Source: Isurus oxyrinchus (lineage: Eukaryota). From it: a stretch of DNA of 64,000 nucleotides. The notes under the pieces were generated by a model. That model worked only from the letters and a program-made list of their open reading frames with translations. It ran no database searches and was not told the DNA's origin. Below, one piece after another: positions 61,501 through 64,000 of the stretch. A program made the position numbers and the translations under genes. How positions within the stretch are numbered: position 1 is the stretch's first letter; every line of letters begins with the position of its first letter. Location of the stretch: positions 7,254,001-7,318,000 of the forward strand of contig JANJGN010000026.1 in assembly GCA_026770705.1 (NCBI GenBank). The letters run 5' to 3'.

Positions 61501-64000
61501 CAGTGACGGAAGGGAGTTGGTTTCGGTGACATAGAGGGGTGGGATGTAGTGAAAGAGGGTAGTGGGAGGACGTGATGGGGGGCTGGGATGCAGAGGCGGA
61601 GAGGGGTGGGATGCAGTGACGGAGGGGGCTGGGATGCAGTGACGGAAAGAATTGGGTTGAAGTGACAGAGGGTGTTGAGAGGCAGTGACGGAGGGGGTGG
61701 GATACAGTGAAACAGGGTAGTGGAATGCAGTGACTGAATGGAGTGGGATGTAGAAACTGAGGGGAGTGGGATACAATGACAGCGGGGAGTGGGATACATT
61801 GACAGAGGGAAGTGGGATGCAGTGACAAAAGCGAGTGGGGTTCAGTGAATCAGGGGGTTGGGATGCAGTGACAGAGGGTGGTGGGATACAATGACAGATG
61901 ATGTGGGATGCAGTGACAAAGTGGGGAGGGTTGCAGTGACTGAGGGGCTTGGGATGCAGTGACTGATGGGGGTGGGATGCAGTGACTGCGGGGGGTCGGA
62001 TGCAGTGACGGATGCGGGTGGGATGCAGTAACTGATGGGGGTTGGGATGCAGTGACTGAGTGGGTTGGGATTCAGTGACTGAGGGAGGTGAGATGCAGTG
62101 AATGAGGGCAGAGGGAGGCCGTGAAAGAGAGGTGTGGGATGCAGTGCAAGTGTTGTGGGGGGGGGGGTGGGATGCATGACTGAGGTGTTTGGGATGCAGT
62201 TACAGAGGCAGGTCGGCTTTAGTGACAGAGGGGTTAGAAAGCAGTGACAGAGGCACATGTGATGCATTGACAGAGGGAAGTGGGATGCAGTGACAGAGGC
62301 GTGTGTGGTTCAGTGACAAAGGGAGTGGGATGCAGTGACAGAGGGGGCTGGGATGCAGTGACGAAGTTGGGTGGGATACAGTGAGACAGGGGAGGGATGC
62401 AGTGACTGAGGGGCTTGGGATGCAGTGACTGAGGGGCTTAGGATGCAGTGACTGAGGGGAGTGGGGTGCAGTGAGAAGGGGAGTGGGATGCAGTGACAGT
62501 GAAGTGCGATGCAGTGACAGAGGGAAGTGGGATACAGTGATTGAAGGCGGTTGGAATCAGTGACTGAGGGGGGTGGGATTCACTAATAGAGGGTGGTGGG
62601 ATGCAGTGACAGATGGGAGTTGAATGCAGTGAAAGAGGGAAGTGGGATGCAGTGAGATAGGGGAGGGATGCAGTGAAGAGGGGAGTGGGATGCAATGACT
62701 GAGGGAAGTGGGATGCAGTGACAGAAGGAAGTGGGATGCAGTGACAGAGGAAGTGGGATGCAGTGACAGAGGAAGTGGGATGCAGTGATTTGAGGGGGTT
62801 GGATTCAGTGACTGAGTGGGGTGGGATTCACTAATAGAGGGGGGTGGGAGGCTGTGGCAGAAGGGAGTTCTATGCCGTAACAGAGGGGACTGGGCTGCAG
62901 TGACGGAGGGGGGTGGGATGCAGTGACAGAGGGAAGTGGGATGCAGTGACAGTGGTGAGTGGGGTTCTGTGACTGCGGGAGTTGGGATGCAGTGACAGAG
63001 GGGGGTGGGATGCAGTGACAGAGCGAAGTGGGGTGTAGTGAGAAGGGGAGTGGGATGCAGTGACAGAGCAGGTGGGATACAGTGACAGAGGAAAGTGGGA
63101 TGCAGTGACAGAGGGGAGTGGGATGCAGTGACAGAAGGGAGTTGGATGCACAGACAAAGGGGAGTTGGATGCAGTGAAGGAGGGGGTGGGATGCAGTGAC
63201 TGGGGGTTGGGATGCAGTGGTGGAGGGGGGTGGTGTGCAGTCACAGAGGGCGTTGGATGCAGTGAGAGAGGGGGTTGGAATTCAATGTCTGAGGGGGGTG
63301 GGTTTCAATGACTGAGGGGGGGTGGGATTCGGTTACTGAGGGGGTCGGGATTCAGTGATAGAGGGCGGTGGGATGCGTGACAGAGGGGGGGGGGGGTGGA
63401 ATGCAGTGAGTGCAGGGAGTTGAATGCAGTGACAGAGGGGAGAGGGAAGCAGTGACAGAGGAAGTAGGCTGCAGTGACAGAGGCTAGTGGGATTCAGTGA
63501 GTGAGGGGGTGGGGATGCAGTGACTGAGGGGGGTGGGTTGCAGTGAGAAGGGGAGTGGGATGCAGTGAAGAAAGGGAGTTGGTTGCGATGACAAAGTTGA
63601 GTGCGGTGCAGTGACAAGTGGACTGGGATGCAGTGACAGAAGGGAGTGGGATGTAGTGAAGGAGGGGGGTGGGATGCAGTGACTGAGGGCAGTGGGATGC
63701 AGTGACAGAGGCGAGTTGGGTTCAGTGACTAAGGGGTTTGGGAGGGAGGGACAGAGAGGGGAGGGATGCATTGACTGAGCGGCTTGGGATTCAGTGACTG
63801 AGGGAGCTGAGATGCAATCACAGAGGGCCGACAGATGCAGTGACAAGTAGAGTGGGATGCAATGACAGAGTTGAGTGCGGTGCAGTGACAGAAGGGAATG
63901 GGATGCAGTGAAGGAGGGGCTAGAATGCAGCGGCGGAGGTGGGTGGGATGCAGTGACAGTGGGGGTTGGGATGCAGTGACGGAAAGAAGTGGGTTGAAGT
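43545..64000. repeat. G-rich ~23-bp satellite (GGGATGCAGTGACAGAGGGGAGT), >20 kb, with mosaic higher-order repeats, running off the right edge
   Basis: Continuous GGATGCAGTGAC cores. Decayed units at 43545-43850. Recurrent diagnostic variant blocks. Confidence 0.98.

Noticed and set aside
43745-63846. Dozens of long His/Pro/Ser/Cys-rich minus-strand ORFs (up to 419 aa)
   Set aside because: They are translations of the stop-poor C-rich strand of a 23-bp satellite. All three frames give the same periodic peptide.
43545-64000. Immunoglobulin switch region or telomeric array
   Set aside because: AGCT motifs are scarce, there are no Ig exons, and there are no TTAGGG tracts.

Overview
Repeat-dense vertebrate genomic DNA. 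A cartilaginous fish (shark) is inferred from the repeat families and receptor type; the sequence does not prove this. The only host genes I can support are two tandem, + strand, two-exon class A GPCR paralogues of the GPR139/GPR142-like type. One is intact (exons 32426-32495 and 33624-34531, 325 aa). The other is a pseudogene (exons 12106-12175 and 14409-~15307; GC donor, several in-frame stops). Both have an upstream homeodomain-like + O/E(EBF)-like motif module, and both are preceded by a decayed ~35-bp repeat that is also freshly amplified as a satellite at 1-1150. The rest consists of CR1 LINEs (one near full length), a second CR1/L2-type LINE family with its tRNA-headed SINE, short Penelope-like insertions with hammerhead-like motifs, a decayed Harbinger transposon, an internally deleted LTR element with a PBS, and a >20 kb G-rich 23-bp satellite with mosaic higher-order structure (43545-64000). 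Repeat boundaries were judged by eye and are approximate.
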